DNA of 52,685 bases, the filler included, from Jimgerdemannia flammicorona (Eukaryota), in NCBI GenBank assembly GCA_003990765.1. It is 2 parts of 2 records of this genome, joined end to end, with 100 filler letters (N's around TTAATTAATTAA, not from the genome) between each part and the next. Parts side by side here need not be neighbours in the genome. Positions count along the whole stretch, not along the records: positions 26,395 to 52,685 come from RBNJ01000739.1; 1 more part is not named here. One strand, written 5' to 3'. The notes beneath the pieces were generated by a model, which had not been told where the DNA came from, did no database searches, and was given only the letters and a program-made list of their open reading frames with translations. Of this stretch, positions 38,601-50,583 are shown in pieces. Position 1 is the stretch's first letter; each line of letters starts with the position of its first letter. A program made the position numbers and the translations under genes.

Positions 38601-40419
38601 AATTCTGTCACCTTTATTGACAGTATATGGTTGGTTCTTGTGGTTGACTAGTAGGACTTGCATTTCGCCTTAGAGGTCAGAGTCGATGACTCCAGCACCA
38701 ACATTCAATGAGTACTTGAAGCTGAGGCCAGATCTTGGTACAATTCTTGCATAATGTTCCTTGGGAATTTCGACTGAAAGGCCAGTTGGGATAAGCCTTC
38801 TTTCATGTACTGGAATAGTGACTTATTGTACTGCTTAAAGGTCCAAACCAATGGCTCCTTCTGACTGTGCTTAAGGGATCTGGGCCTTGGGGTTGACTTG
38901 TATGAAATTGAGTATAACTTCTTGTTCAACTGGTTGACCTTGAGTATCTTTGGACAGGACTAGAATCCTCTTTGGTTTGGCAGTTTTCTTGGGACATTTG
39001 GTTGTAATGTGACCAGGCTGATGGCAAAAGAAGCAGGCTTCAGCCTTCTTGAGATGCTCCTTTTCCTCGGTTGTAAGCTTGCCTTTCTTGCTCTTGTCGA
39101 TGGTATCTAGGTCTATGGGGGCAGGTCCAACAGTTCAGACTTTGGGTTCCTCCCTTCTGTGGTGGTTGTTGTTGTTAAAAGGCAGTCTCTTCTGTTTAAA
39201 GTGGTGACTATAGGTAATAACATCAAACCTATTAGCAATTTTCATTGCTGTATCTAGGTCCTTGGGTTCTTCTAGTTCAACACAAACTCGGGTTGGACCT
39301 TTCAGGCCTCGGATGTACTTGTTGACCTTCTCATCTTCAGTGACATGTGGTAATTCAAGCAGGATTAATAGGAATTGTACATTGTATACTTATACAGACT
39401 TGAGTTGTTTGACATTTGCCAGACAGTCTTGCGCAGCCTTAGTACTATTGACTGGTTTGAATTGGTCTTGAATAGTATCAGAGAATTTGCCCCAGGTCTT
39501 GATTTAGCCAGAGAATCTGGTATTCTAGATATGATTTCACCACCAGATTGCAGCATTTCCTCGGAGGTGTGTGGTGGCAAATTGGACTAGTGTTGCTTCT
39601 TCCAAATTAGTCAGTTCTCCATATTGCTCCAATTGGAAAAGCCAGGCATCAGCAGACAGTCCTCCTCTTTGACCATCAAAGGTGTCAGGCTTCTGAGGCT
39701 TGATAGTGACTGCTGTCAGATATATTGATGTTAGTAGGGATATAGAGGTATGAGTGGAGGCCTTGCTTTCCTTTCTTTCTATGCATTCTTGAAGTTGAGC
39801 AATCTGAGCTAGTGCAGTCTGCAAAAGACTCTTGATGGCCCCATTTGACTGAGTAGGGTTTTGCTGTTCCTCTTCTTCTTGCTGATAGTATGAGGCATTG
39901 CCTAGACTGTAAGTACTGTATGAAGGATTCCACCCATTGTCCTCCATAGTGTTGTGACTGATATCTTGAGAGGTGTCTTAATAAGGCTAGGTATAACTTA
40001 ACTGCTGCTACCAAGTGTAATGGTTCTAGTTTCTAAATGAGGAAGTGACTAGTTTTGATAGTTCTAAGTAGCTTGAAGAGATACTAAGGATTCAAGTATT
40101 CTCAAAAGATTTCTAAGAGAAAATATTCTGAGACTTTATTCATGAGAACAAAGGGGATATTTATACAAGATCTGAAAGAAGGATCTGGAAGGATCTGAGA
40201 AATCAAAGGAAAAATGCTAAGAGGAAAGTTCTTGGCAAAGATGACAAATAATGACAAATAAAGTTTTACAAGTTTTCAGAACAATCAGTGACTAGCTAAA
40301 TAAGTACTAGTTAATGCTCAGCACCAAGAAAGGATTTCTAAGTATTCAGAAAGTACTGGAAGGTCATAAAATATTGAAGAAAAATAAAGAAAAGAAATAA
40401 ACTATACTAAAATATTACA
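35647..40419 (-). mobile_element. Ty3/Gypsy family D copy 1 (short LTR, gag-CCHC-dUTPase-PR-RT-RH-INT; integrase truncated)
   Basis: LTR 40016-40419 (TGTAAT...ATTACA, TATAAATA at 40158-40165), PBS ~40001-40013. Gag from 39947 (PDTFDG, LRGNAAIWW), CFFCHQPGHITTKC, dUTPase ~38505-38925, LIDSRAVGNF, YIDDILI, MDFIVQLP. Confidence 0.95.
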
Positions 40420-40449
40420 CATCTATAATAATTATAAAAGAGATACAAT

Positions 40450-43400
40450 ATTACTCCATTCCCTCAACCAATATCCCTCAGATCTACTCCTCTACTCTCC
40501 ACTCCCCCCTGCCAGAGGATAACCCAGTTGTCCACTACCTGAATCCTCCTGCCACATTTCCGAGAGATATACTGTACCAAACCCCTGCAACTCCCCCCAC
40601 CCAGCCCCCACTCCCACTACTAACAATTCAGAATATCCAGTAATAACCATTCTCAATGTATCACCCTATTCCCAACCCCAACCTGCTGGCCCTCCTCAAA
40701 TACATGAATCTAATGCCCAGACATCCCAACTCATATAGCCAGAGCCCAACCAAGGATCAGCCATTCATCCCCAACCCCCCCTACCAGCCTTTGGTGGAGC
40801 TCTCCCCATCTCCCCCCTTCCCCTCCCTCCAGGGCTTGCAGCTCTAACTGGTCCACTATATGATACCAAAACACCCCCAAAACATCACACTTGCTAAGCC
40901 AATGTTTAGGTGTTTGTATCACTCCCCCTTCCTGTCCAATATCGAAATATTCCTCACACTCAAATATGTCACCAGTCACCAAGTACCCAGACCAATAGTT
41001 CAACATCACATTCTGCTATAGAACTCACCATCATACCATCCAGAATTTGGGGGGCAGCCACCTCATCACCTGCTTGCTCCAAAGCCAGAGCCCATTCCAG
41101 TCCCACTCCTCACCAATCCCAACTCTCTGCCAGGCTTTAGGCCAAAGATCCCCACCCAAGCCCTGCAAACACTCCATTCCATTGCTGAGCTGAAAGTTCT
41201 CCACCAATACACTGCCCAGTAGTAATCTGTCCCATCTCCACATCTGTAGTCCCCAATCCTCCTCTCCCTCATCACCCTACCACCGAAGTCCAATTCTCTT
41301 AGCACTATATAACACCTCCTATCAAAAGCCCTTATACCACATCCTCTTGCACCCATCTATGGTCACTATCGCAAGCAGGTTGCCAGAAGCTCCACAGGGG
41401 GAATACTGGGCCTCCCACACCCTCTGTATGAGTGGTACCCACTCCTGACCCCTCAGCTCACTTGCCCTTCTCAGCCACCAGGCTCTCAAGCAAAGAAGAC
41501 ATTTGGTAAAGTCCACTAAGCCCAGCTCTCCTCTTTCCATAGATAGGATCAGAACCTCCCAACCTATCTGACTTCACTGTCCTACCCAGATCTATGATCT
41601 TGCCATCCTCAACAGTCTCCTGACCACCCAAGCTGGGAAGTCCAGATAATACCCTACATACTACAGCTTTGGCAGCCAATATACATTCAGCATCATCACC
41701 CTTCCTGCCAAGGATATATGCTGACCACCCCATCATACAAGTATATTTCCCCACTATAGGAGTCATTGATCCTACTAAGCATGGGGGAGAAGGGACCCAA
41801 ATACTGAAAAGTAGATCCCCAGGTAATGAACAGGCTCTCTTGCCAGTATCACTATCCCAATCACATTGCCATCAATGATTCTACCACCTAGCACCAGAGT
41901 CTTGCATTTGTGCCAGTTAAGTTTAGCACTGGAGCCCCTCTCATACCATTCAACAGACCTTCTTAATTTTCCCACATCTGCCAATGAGCCCAGTCCAATC
42001 ACCATGTCATCTGCAAAGGCCCCCACCATCTAATTTATCTCTAGAATGTCCAAACCCCCAATTCAATACCAGATCCTGTCCAGTAGGGGCTCTAGGGAGA
42101 GGGTATATAAGATGGGTGACAAAGGGTCTCCTTGTGGTATCCCATGACTAAGAGGAAAGGTTACATCCCTGTAGCCATTAACAACTAATGTAGCCTGACT
42201 GTTTTCCAACAGACTGATCAACAACCTTCAGAACCCTGGGAGAACACCAACCCATTTCAATACTTCCTCTAACCAAATCCTCCTCACTCTATCATATGCC
42301 TTCTCCTGATCCAAAAAAACCAATCTGCCATCCATCCCTATAGTCTGGGTCCCTTCAATTATACCATATACCCAAGCCATCCCATCTTGGATCAACCAGC
42401 CACTGACAAATCCTCATTGCTCCACACCAAGTACCTGCTGCATGATTCCCTGTAGCCTTAATACCAATATCTTCATTACCAGTTTGTGGTCCATGTTAAG
42501 TAGCATGATTGGCCACCAGTTCTTCCAATCTTCCTGCCTCTTCTTATTTTTGTAGAGCAAGGAGACTAGTCCTAGGCACTGGCCCCCAATCCAAGTTCCA
42601 GACTGAAGAACTGCACTATACATTTTCATCATTTCCTCTAATACCTCTGCTACCCCAGCCATCTTCTTTCAAAAATCCCAGAGAAGTCCATCCTCTCCTG
42701 GAGCCATCCCCTTACTTGTCATAGCCAAGACCTTGCAAATTTCCTCTCTCCTTACTAGATCTCCCAGAGTCCTCAGGCCCATTGCAGGGTCCAGATGCCA
42801 ATCCTCCAGCTGCCTCTCAATGTTCAAAGCATCCTCCCCCCCCTTCCTCCTTGCTCCACAAATCCTCCCAACAGGTCCTCAGCAATCCCAGAATCACCAG
42901 AGTCTCTACCACCATCCCCCCATCCACATCCAGGACCCTATCCCACTGCTGCTTAGTTCTCTGTACTTGTAACATTCGCGATAAAAATCTAGTGGGTCTC
43001 TCTCCCTCCTCAAGCTTCTGTCACCTCAGCTAGGCCACCATCCCCTTCAGCCTAATCTCTTCCTCCCTTCATAACACTTCCTTAAGCTCCTCAACTTCCT
43101 TCTAGATCCTCACAATATACCAGTTGGCTGCTAGTACCTCTGCCCATCTCTCCATGAGTGCTGTCAATTGCTGCAAGGCCCATAGCACCCTCTATCACTA
43201 CTGAGCACATCTTCCTTTCTCTGCTTCCCTCCAGTATCTCTGAGTACTTGCTTTCAGCCTCCTCCAGTGGTCCTCAATCACCAGGCCCTGCTCCTGCCAC
43301 CTCCCAATATTCCCAATAACCTCCTTCTCTCAGTCTGCCCATAAAGCTCCATCCTCCAACAAAGAAGAATTTAGTCACCAATGTCCAGGCCCATCCCCCC

Positions 43401-46132
43401 TTCCCCCAAACCTCTCCCCTTCTAATAGACCCCAGTGATCTGACCATGGACATCAAACCACCTCCAGTATAGTCTAGACATCCACTCCCCAGCATTCCAC
43501 CATCAATATTCAGTCAATCCTTGAGCCCAGCCCTGTCGCCCAGTGAGTATAAATTTGACAATCATCCCAAAACTGTTTTCCTGAATCAATCAAAGAACTC
43601 AACCTCTTCATCTCTAACCAATCATCCAGTCTACCACTCCTGCTCCTCAATCCTCTCCCACCATCTGTCCTGTCCAGCCCCTTATCTCACATCATGTTGA
43701 AGTCACCCCCCAGACAGTCAAATCCCACCTCACCCAAGACACTGACCTCTTTCAAACTTTGAATCCAATCCACCTGTTCCCCCCTCTCTGCTGGGCAGTA
43801 ACATGACCCAACTGTCAATGGGCTCCATCCAGGCCTCTTCCATACTCTCCATACCAACCAAGTCCCTCAATGTCCAATATCTCCAATGTCCCCCATCTCT
43901 TTTCAAACTAGAATACCCACCCTTCCCATCTACACTGTGGCCCCCCCCCATTTCTTGGTCCAATCCTGTAAGTCCACATCCACCTCATAACAGATATCCT
44001 ACAGTAAAAAGAGATCTGCATCCAGTCTCTTTAGCCATCCAAATATATACTTCCTCCTAACTGCCCCCCATAACTCATTCACATTCAAAGAGAATATTCT
44101 AGTTGTACTATTCATATTAAATAATGTTTGGATTGGAGACCCCTACCTAGTATTCCATGCTCATCTCATCTCCAGCTAAATCCAAGCACTGCTCTGCTTC
44201 CAAGTCACCCTCCATGACAGTCTAAGCATCCAATGCCTCCAAGATCTCTTGACATTCCACCCTATCCACCACCTCCATTGCCAACTGATAGTCTATGCAG
44301 ACCACTCTCTACTTCTCCAATCCCTTCCTCAAGCCCCACAAGTATGCTGTCTGGTTATTTGCAATCTTTCTAAGTTCCTCCTCTCTCTGATCATCTACTT
44401 GATATTCAACTGATTCCAGAGGACTACCAGGATCTCATTCCTCATCTTTCTCAGTACCTTCTCACTATAAAGGATTCCCTCCCAATGCCACTCTTCTATA
44501 ACCTAGAAGTTCTCTCTCTCCAGCTCCTCTACTACCACCCCTTCCAGAGTCTTCCACAGCCACTTCTCCTCATCCACCACCTCTGCCATACCCTGGGCGA
44601 CCCAATCACCCCCCACCTCTGGGTCCATCAAAGCACTCCTCCTCACAGACTCATCCCACTCCTTCTCTGGTATATCCAGTAACTCCTCCTCACTCCCTGC
44701 CCCACCCAGGACACTATACTGAGGGTGAACCCCCTTGCTTATTTCCACATCTGCCTCCACACCACCCTCTCTCTTCTCTCTTGATCCATCCTGGGCCCCA
44801 CCTTGGGCTGTCCCATGTACCCCCACCCAGGCAATCCTGCTCTCCCATCCCTGGTGCCACTGCCAGCCCCACTGCTGCCCAACTTCACCAGCAGCTCCTT
44901 CTGGATTCTCCTCCCCTGTATCTTCTTCCAGGTCCTCTGATCCATTCTGATCCTCTTCTCATTGACTACTTCCACTACCATCTTGGCTTCATACTCCTTC
45001 CAAGCCAACCTCCTTCACTCAACTATATCTGCCAGATCCTCCAGAGCCTCAAGCAAATCTTCCTCCTCTTCCTGAGTTCCCTTCACCCACATGACCTTGC
45101 ACTCTACCTGTCCCCACTTCAGAGTCACCAGTCAATCTCTCATCTTCTCCATGTTCTCCTTTCCAGCCAGCCTCATCCAGATATCAATGTCATCAGTCTG
45201 GAGCTCCATACCCTCTCAGATCTTGAACCTGATGTCCACAATCTCTCTATACTCCTTGATTGCCCTCACAATCAACTCCCTGGCCTTCTCTCTTGACATT
45301 GTAGGAAGATCCAACACCATCAACTGTACCACTTAGGGATCCCAGTATATATACCTGGTCATAGGGACCACAATCCCACCCACTGTTACCCCCTTCTCCA
45401 TAGCAGCCAGCAACACTTTCTGTTCCTCAAACCTCACCTTGATCTCTTCTTTCCTCTTCAAGAACTTCACTGACACTGCTCCTTTTGCCTCCTGTACCAC
45501 CAGCCCCAAGATCATCCTCACAGTCACTACCAAGCCCCTGAAGCACAATATGATGGCAAATTCTGATCTTGATTTCTTGAGTAACAGTGCTGACACCATG
45601 TCTGTCACCCCATCTACTAGGTCTCCAGGCCTCATGCCCACCTCCTATCCTGAACCATCAATCGCTGTCACATCTGGATTTTTCTCCAGATCCCCAGTCA
45701 CAATCCCATCAATAGTCACATCTCCAGCCCCTACTCCCCCCCCTCTCCTACTGCCAGAGACTTCTCTGGGCACTCCTCCCTATCCCCCAGCAGCAGCTAT
45801 CGATGCCTTCCCCAGGCCCAGCCAACTATTTAGACCAGAGGCCATTCTCCCCATCTTGACCTTGTCAGCAAAGGTTGACCTCTCCCCTCCTTGCTGTCTC
45901 ATGCCATCCCTCCCTCTACCACCAGTATCTTAGCCAGCCATAGAGGCCCCTGACATCCCCAAACCATCTCCCCTCCTTCCTACTTATTGCCAGCCAAAGG
46001 TACTACCACCCCCCTGGCCAGCATGCTCACCAGTATAATCATTGCTATCCATGTTGATAGTCATCAATCACCAAAAATATTGCAAAAAGTATTGTCTGAG
46101 TCTTGTGTCACCTAAATGTTACCAGTGAAAGG
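40450..46132 (-). mobile_element. Near full-length L1/Tx1-like LINE (ORF1; ORF2 with APE endonuclease and RT), decayed
   Basis: ORF1 ~46050-44140 is homologous to 50674 onward. ORF2 has FSLNVNEL, LGGDFN, LDY, SDH, WWPIMLLNMDHKL, FLDQEKAYD, QGDPLSP and AFADD. 3' boundary approximate. Confidence 0.93.
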
Positions 46133-46149
46133 TGTGAAGTCTCCCGAAC

Positions 46150-48712
46150 ATCATTTAGATATAGGTATTAGTGTCACTGACCCAGACTTTCAAGGACAAG
46201 TTTAAGTTCTACTTATTAACCAGAAGGATCAAAACTACATAGTCAAGGAAGGAGACCAAGTCATGCAAATGATCCTAGAAAAAGCCAGTCAACTCAAGAT
46301 TACTGAAGTCCAAGAACTTTCTGAAACCAAATAAGACTAAAAAGATTTTGACAGTACTGATCAAGCAGCAAGTCTTAGTGAAAATTGAGCTCAAGTCATA
46401 CTCATTTTCAAAGGCCTAGTTAAAGGAAAAGAAGTTTAAGTACTCATAGACAGTAGAGCTGCAGAGAACTTCATCCATCAGAATCTCATTGAAAGCCTCA
46501 AGATCTTTACCAAGTCTGCACTTAAGAATAATAGTATAGTTACTATAGATGGTACTCTACACCCCATTAAGTCAATTGCTACTAAACTATCCATCAAGAT
46601 CCAGAAATATTGGGAATGAGTAGACTTTGAGATTGTACCACTAAAAGATCATGACCTGATCCTAGGAAAACTCTGGCTTATGAAACATAACCCAGACATC
46701 AATTAGTACAAGAATGAAGTTACCTTACTTCAAGATAGAGTCAATATTACTATCAAGACAGATAAGACTATGAGTAAGACTCAGATTGCAACCCTGTCAG
46801 CTATACAGTACAAGAGAGCACTCAAGAAGGCAATATATACTTTATTGTAATGGTCTGTCCCAAGAAATAAGACAAGAGACTATCCGTCTAAGTTACTGAT
46901 AGAAGAATTCAAGAATGTCTTTCCAGATAAGCTATCTGGTCTACCACCTACACAAGAAGTTAATCATAAAATTGAACTAACCCCAGGAGCTATACTATCC
47001 AAGAAACATATACACTATATATCACTACTTAAAATTGAAGCAGTCAAGAAGGAACTAGAAGAACTACTTATACAAGGAGCTATTCAACCAAGCAAATCTT
47101 CTTATAGCTCACCAGTCCTATTTGTCAAGAAGAAGGATGGTACCCTATGAATATATATAGACTACCATGCACTCAACAAGCTTACTGTCAAGAACTGCTA
47201 TCCACTACTCTTAATTGATCAAATCTTTAATGCTCTCAAGAATGCCAAGTACTTCACCAAGTTGGACCTTATGTTAGAATACTACCAGATCTGAATCAAG
47301 CCAGAAGATATTCTTAAGACTGTATTTATGATTCCCTTTGGACTTTACAAATTCTTGGTCTTAGTATTTGATCTCATCAATATATCCACCATATTCCAGA
47401 CCTTGATGAATAAGATATTTAAGGACTAACTATTTATTTTCCTATTGATATATCTTGACAACATCCTGATCTTTAGTATAACTAAAGAAGAACATCTCAA
47501 ATCTATTTGAATAGTTCTGGAGATCTTATGAAAATACAAGCTTTATACTAAGCTCAAGAAGTGTAAATTCTTCAAGAAGTTGAATATCTTGGCTACATTA
47601 TCTCTATATAAGGAATTCAAGTAGACCCATATAAGATAGAAATAATTGAAGAATGGCCCATTCTGTCAAACCTCACAGAACTCTGATCCTTCTTTGATCT
47701 AGCTGGCTACTACTACCACTTTGTCAGAAACTTCTCTAGTATTGCTGAGCTACTGACTAATCTCATGAGAAAGGCCCTGCACTCAGACTACTATGTATTC
47801 TATATCTGGGACCTCTTCTATCAATAAGCTTTTCAAGAACTCAAGAACTACCTGATCCATGCTCTAGTCCTATGTAATGCAGATCAAGGTCTAAAATTCA
47901 TAGTCACCACTAATGTATCAAATTTTACTATTGGAGCAGTTCTGTTACAAGATGATGGTAAAAGACACTGTCCTATTGCTTTCAAGTCCCATAAGTTGGC
48001 TCCAGCTAAATAAAAGCTAGTCACTTATAAGAAGGAACTACTGGCAATAATATATATACTAGACCACTAGTGATATTATCTAGAAGGTATTGAGTTTGAT
48101 ATCATTACTGACTATCAATCCCTCAAGTACATCAATATCCAACCTACTCTATCATGTCTATAAGCCAAGTAGAGCCTCAAGCTTCAAACCTTCAACCCAA
48201 CAATCATCTACAAGCCTGGCAAGATACTTATAGTATCAGATATCTTATCAAGATGCTCTGATCTCACCACAATCATACAAGTTACCTTGGTATTAGAATT
48301 TTTTGACCAAATCAGGCAAGCTTACAAAGAAGATACAGTTGCTACTAGAGTTTTCTCGAATGAGCTCAAAGATACATATATTGTTGAGAATAACTTGATC
48401 TATTATCAAGACCAAGTCTACTTATCTGAAAACATAAATCTATACTATAAGGTTTTATAAGAACACTATAACTCCCCTCTTATTAGTCATCTGGAAATTG
48501 AGAAAACTGTCAAGAATATTCAATATTACTACTATTGACCAAGCATGGTCAAGGAAATCAAAACTATATTACTAGCTATGATCTATGCTAGCACAATAAG
48601 TCTACCAACTAAGTACTAGCTAGTTTGCTATAACTACTGCCAATTCTTACTAAGAAATTCAAGTAAGTTACCATAGACTTTGTAACTCAACTACTATAAA
48701 CCCAATCTGGTA
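46150..48712 (+). pseudogene. Ty3/Gypsy family D copy 2 fragment (dUTPase C-half, PR, RT, RH, start of INT)
   Basis: Reverse-orientation homologue of ~36140-38705. LIDSRAAENF, YLDNILI (~47451). More heavily mutated than copy 1. Confidence 0.92.
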
Positions 48713-48739
48713 CTGACTATCATTAGTACTCCAAATGAG

Positions 48740-48976
48740 TTAGTTTAAACCAGTTTGAATTGTGACTATTCCTAATTCAAACTGGTTTAAATTAATCACA
48801 TGATTAATTTGAATCAGTTTGATAATTTGTATCACTAAATTCAAATCACTGAATTTGAATCATTGAATTTGAATCACCAAATTTGAATCATCAGATTTGA
48901 ATTATTGAATTCAAATTGCCATATTCAAATTATCAAATTTAAATCTCAGCTAGATTTGAATTACCTAATTTGAATC
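48740..48976. repeat. Overlapping inverted repeats followed by a ~14-bp tandem array (AATTTGAATCACYR-like)
   Basis: Perfect 18-bp inverted repeat at 48744-48761/48774-48791. A second 22-bp inverted repeat (20/22) centred at ~48800. About 10 degenerate units at 48824-48976. Confidence 0.85.
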
Positions 48977-49073
48977 CTATGAATAAATAAAACTTATCAT
49001 ATGATTTACTTATATGTGTAAATAGAGGAATGTGAGAGAAAAATATTTATCGGCATGTTCACAAATATAAATG

Positions 49074-49076
<3 letters not shown>

Positions 49077-49112
<36 letters not shown>
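49077..49112. repeat. (AT)n microsatellite
   Basis: About 18 AT units directly visible. Confidence 0.95.
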
Positions 49113-49114
<2 letters not shown>

Positions 49115-49116
49115 AC

Positions 49117-50583
49117 TGTCACGTAGTGGTCACTGAGTCCTTCAAATATGCCAAATTCTCTTTAAGGTATATCTCTTAGACTAACTCAAGTTTGTTATAA
49201 GCAAGTTCTTATTGGAGTGCCTTCCCAAGGTCTTATAGTCCTCAAACTTCTTATCTTTAAACTGTCTTGTTATTTCTTAGATTGCTTGCAAGAGATTGTA
49301 TATATTGCACTGAGTTGACTGACTTTATTTCAGAGGAAATAAGAGGAGTATTTATATAAAATATAATTCAATGGTTGCTAAGATATAAAGCTAAATATAA
49401 ATTCCAATAACTAAAATAAAATATCAGGACAGAAAAAACTGCTAAGTTCCAGGGTTGGTACTGATGGTTGTATAGGTTTAGGATACTGGTATAATTTAGT
49501 ATTATATCAGAATGCTAGTGCTGGTATTATTTAGTATAACTAAGAGACTTAAAGCAGAATGTTCAGGACTACAGAGGCTTCATCATCAGAGGTCAGGATG
49601 TCTTTGAAGGAGATGAGGTCTGTGAATTCATCATCATCATATGTTTCACATGCTTCATTATGTATCTCATATATATTATGTAGGATGACGTCATCAGTGA
49701 TGATGTCATCATATTTAGCAGTGGGAAGGAGGTCTGGTGCTCTCCAGTCTATAAGGTTCTCTTCCACAAAATAGAGAACAAATGTGAGGTCTTGGGGAGA
49801 TCTAACCTGGATGCTTGGGCCTTGGAATACTGAGATCAATCCTTACAGAAATTGGTCTGGGTTGTCCTGAAGGATGGGATTCCAGAAGTCTTCTACTTCA
49901 TCACTATTGAGAGTGATAGTGGACTGGGCTTCTGTAGCCACCCTGGCTTCTAGTGCATTGATACAGTGGGATGACAGGTCTCTGAAATCTGAGACTCTAA
50001 CATACTCCAAGTTAGGGATCAACCATGGTACATGCCTGAAGATCTGATGGATCTTCTTAGCCATTCTTGCCTTGTGTATATTCATGGGAATAGCATCTTA
50101 TAGCTCTTGAGAGCTGGCCTGTGGGAACTCCCAGTAGAGGAGGTTTCCTATTTTATACTCCTGCTACATTTGGAGGTATTTGGTAGTAATGGTAATCCTT
50201 GTTTCCATTTTATAGTGGTAGAGGATATAGTGATAAGAGTCACCAGTACCCAGATTGACACTAGGAGTCCTTCTTGAGTGGGTCCTCATGGCTCTTCTGA
50301 TGTCTTGGAACATCTTCTCTTCAACTGAGATATCTTGGTGGTTCCTTGATCTTGAGGTTTGGTGAGCAGCAGATATTTCATTTATGGTAAGTCTTTGAGC
50401 TATTTTGAGATTAGTGGGTCTTGTTGGTTGCTGCTACTGTAGTTCCTTGATCCTTCTTTTATATTCCTCAGGATGCTTATACTGTGATCACAATGACTCA
50501 CAGTTAGTTATTATTGCTCATCTCATATGCCATATGATCTTCTTGTGCTCCAATCTGGTGACTTGCAAGGAAAGACTGTCTCC
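49117..50583 (-). repeat. Family B LTR, second copy with U3 ORF; interrupted near its 5' end by a LINE
   Basis: Colinear with 20881-22361. ORF pieces 49549..49839 and 49843..50085 match 21321..21947. Confidence 0.92.

Noticed and set aside
48824..48976. Possible CRISPR-like array
   Set aside because: Units are ~14 bp and contiguous with no unique spacers, there are no cas genes, and the context is eukaryotic transposons.
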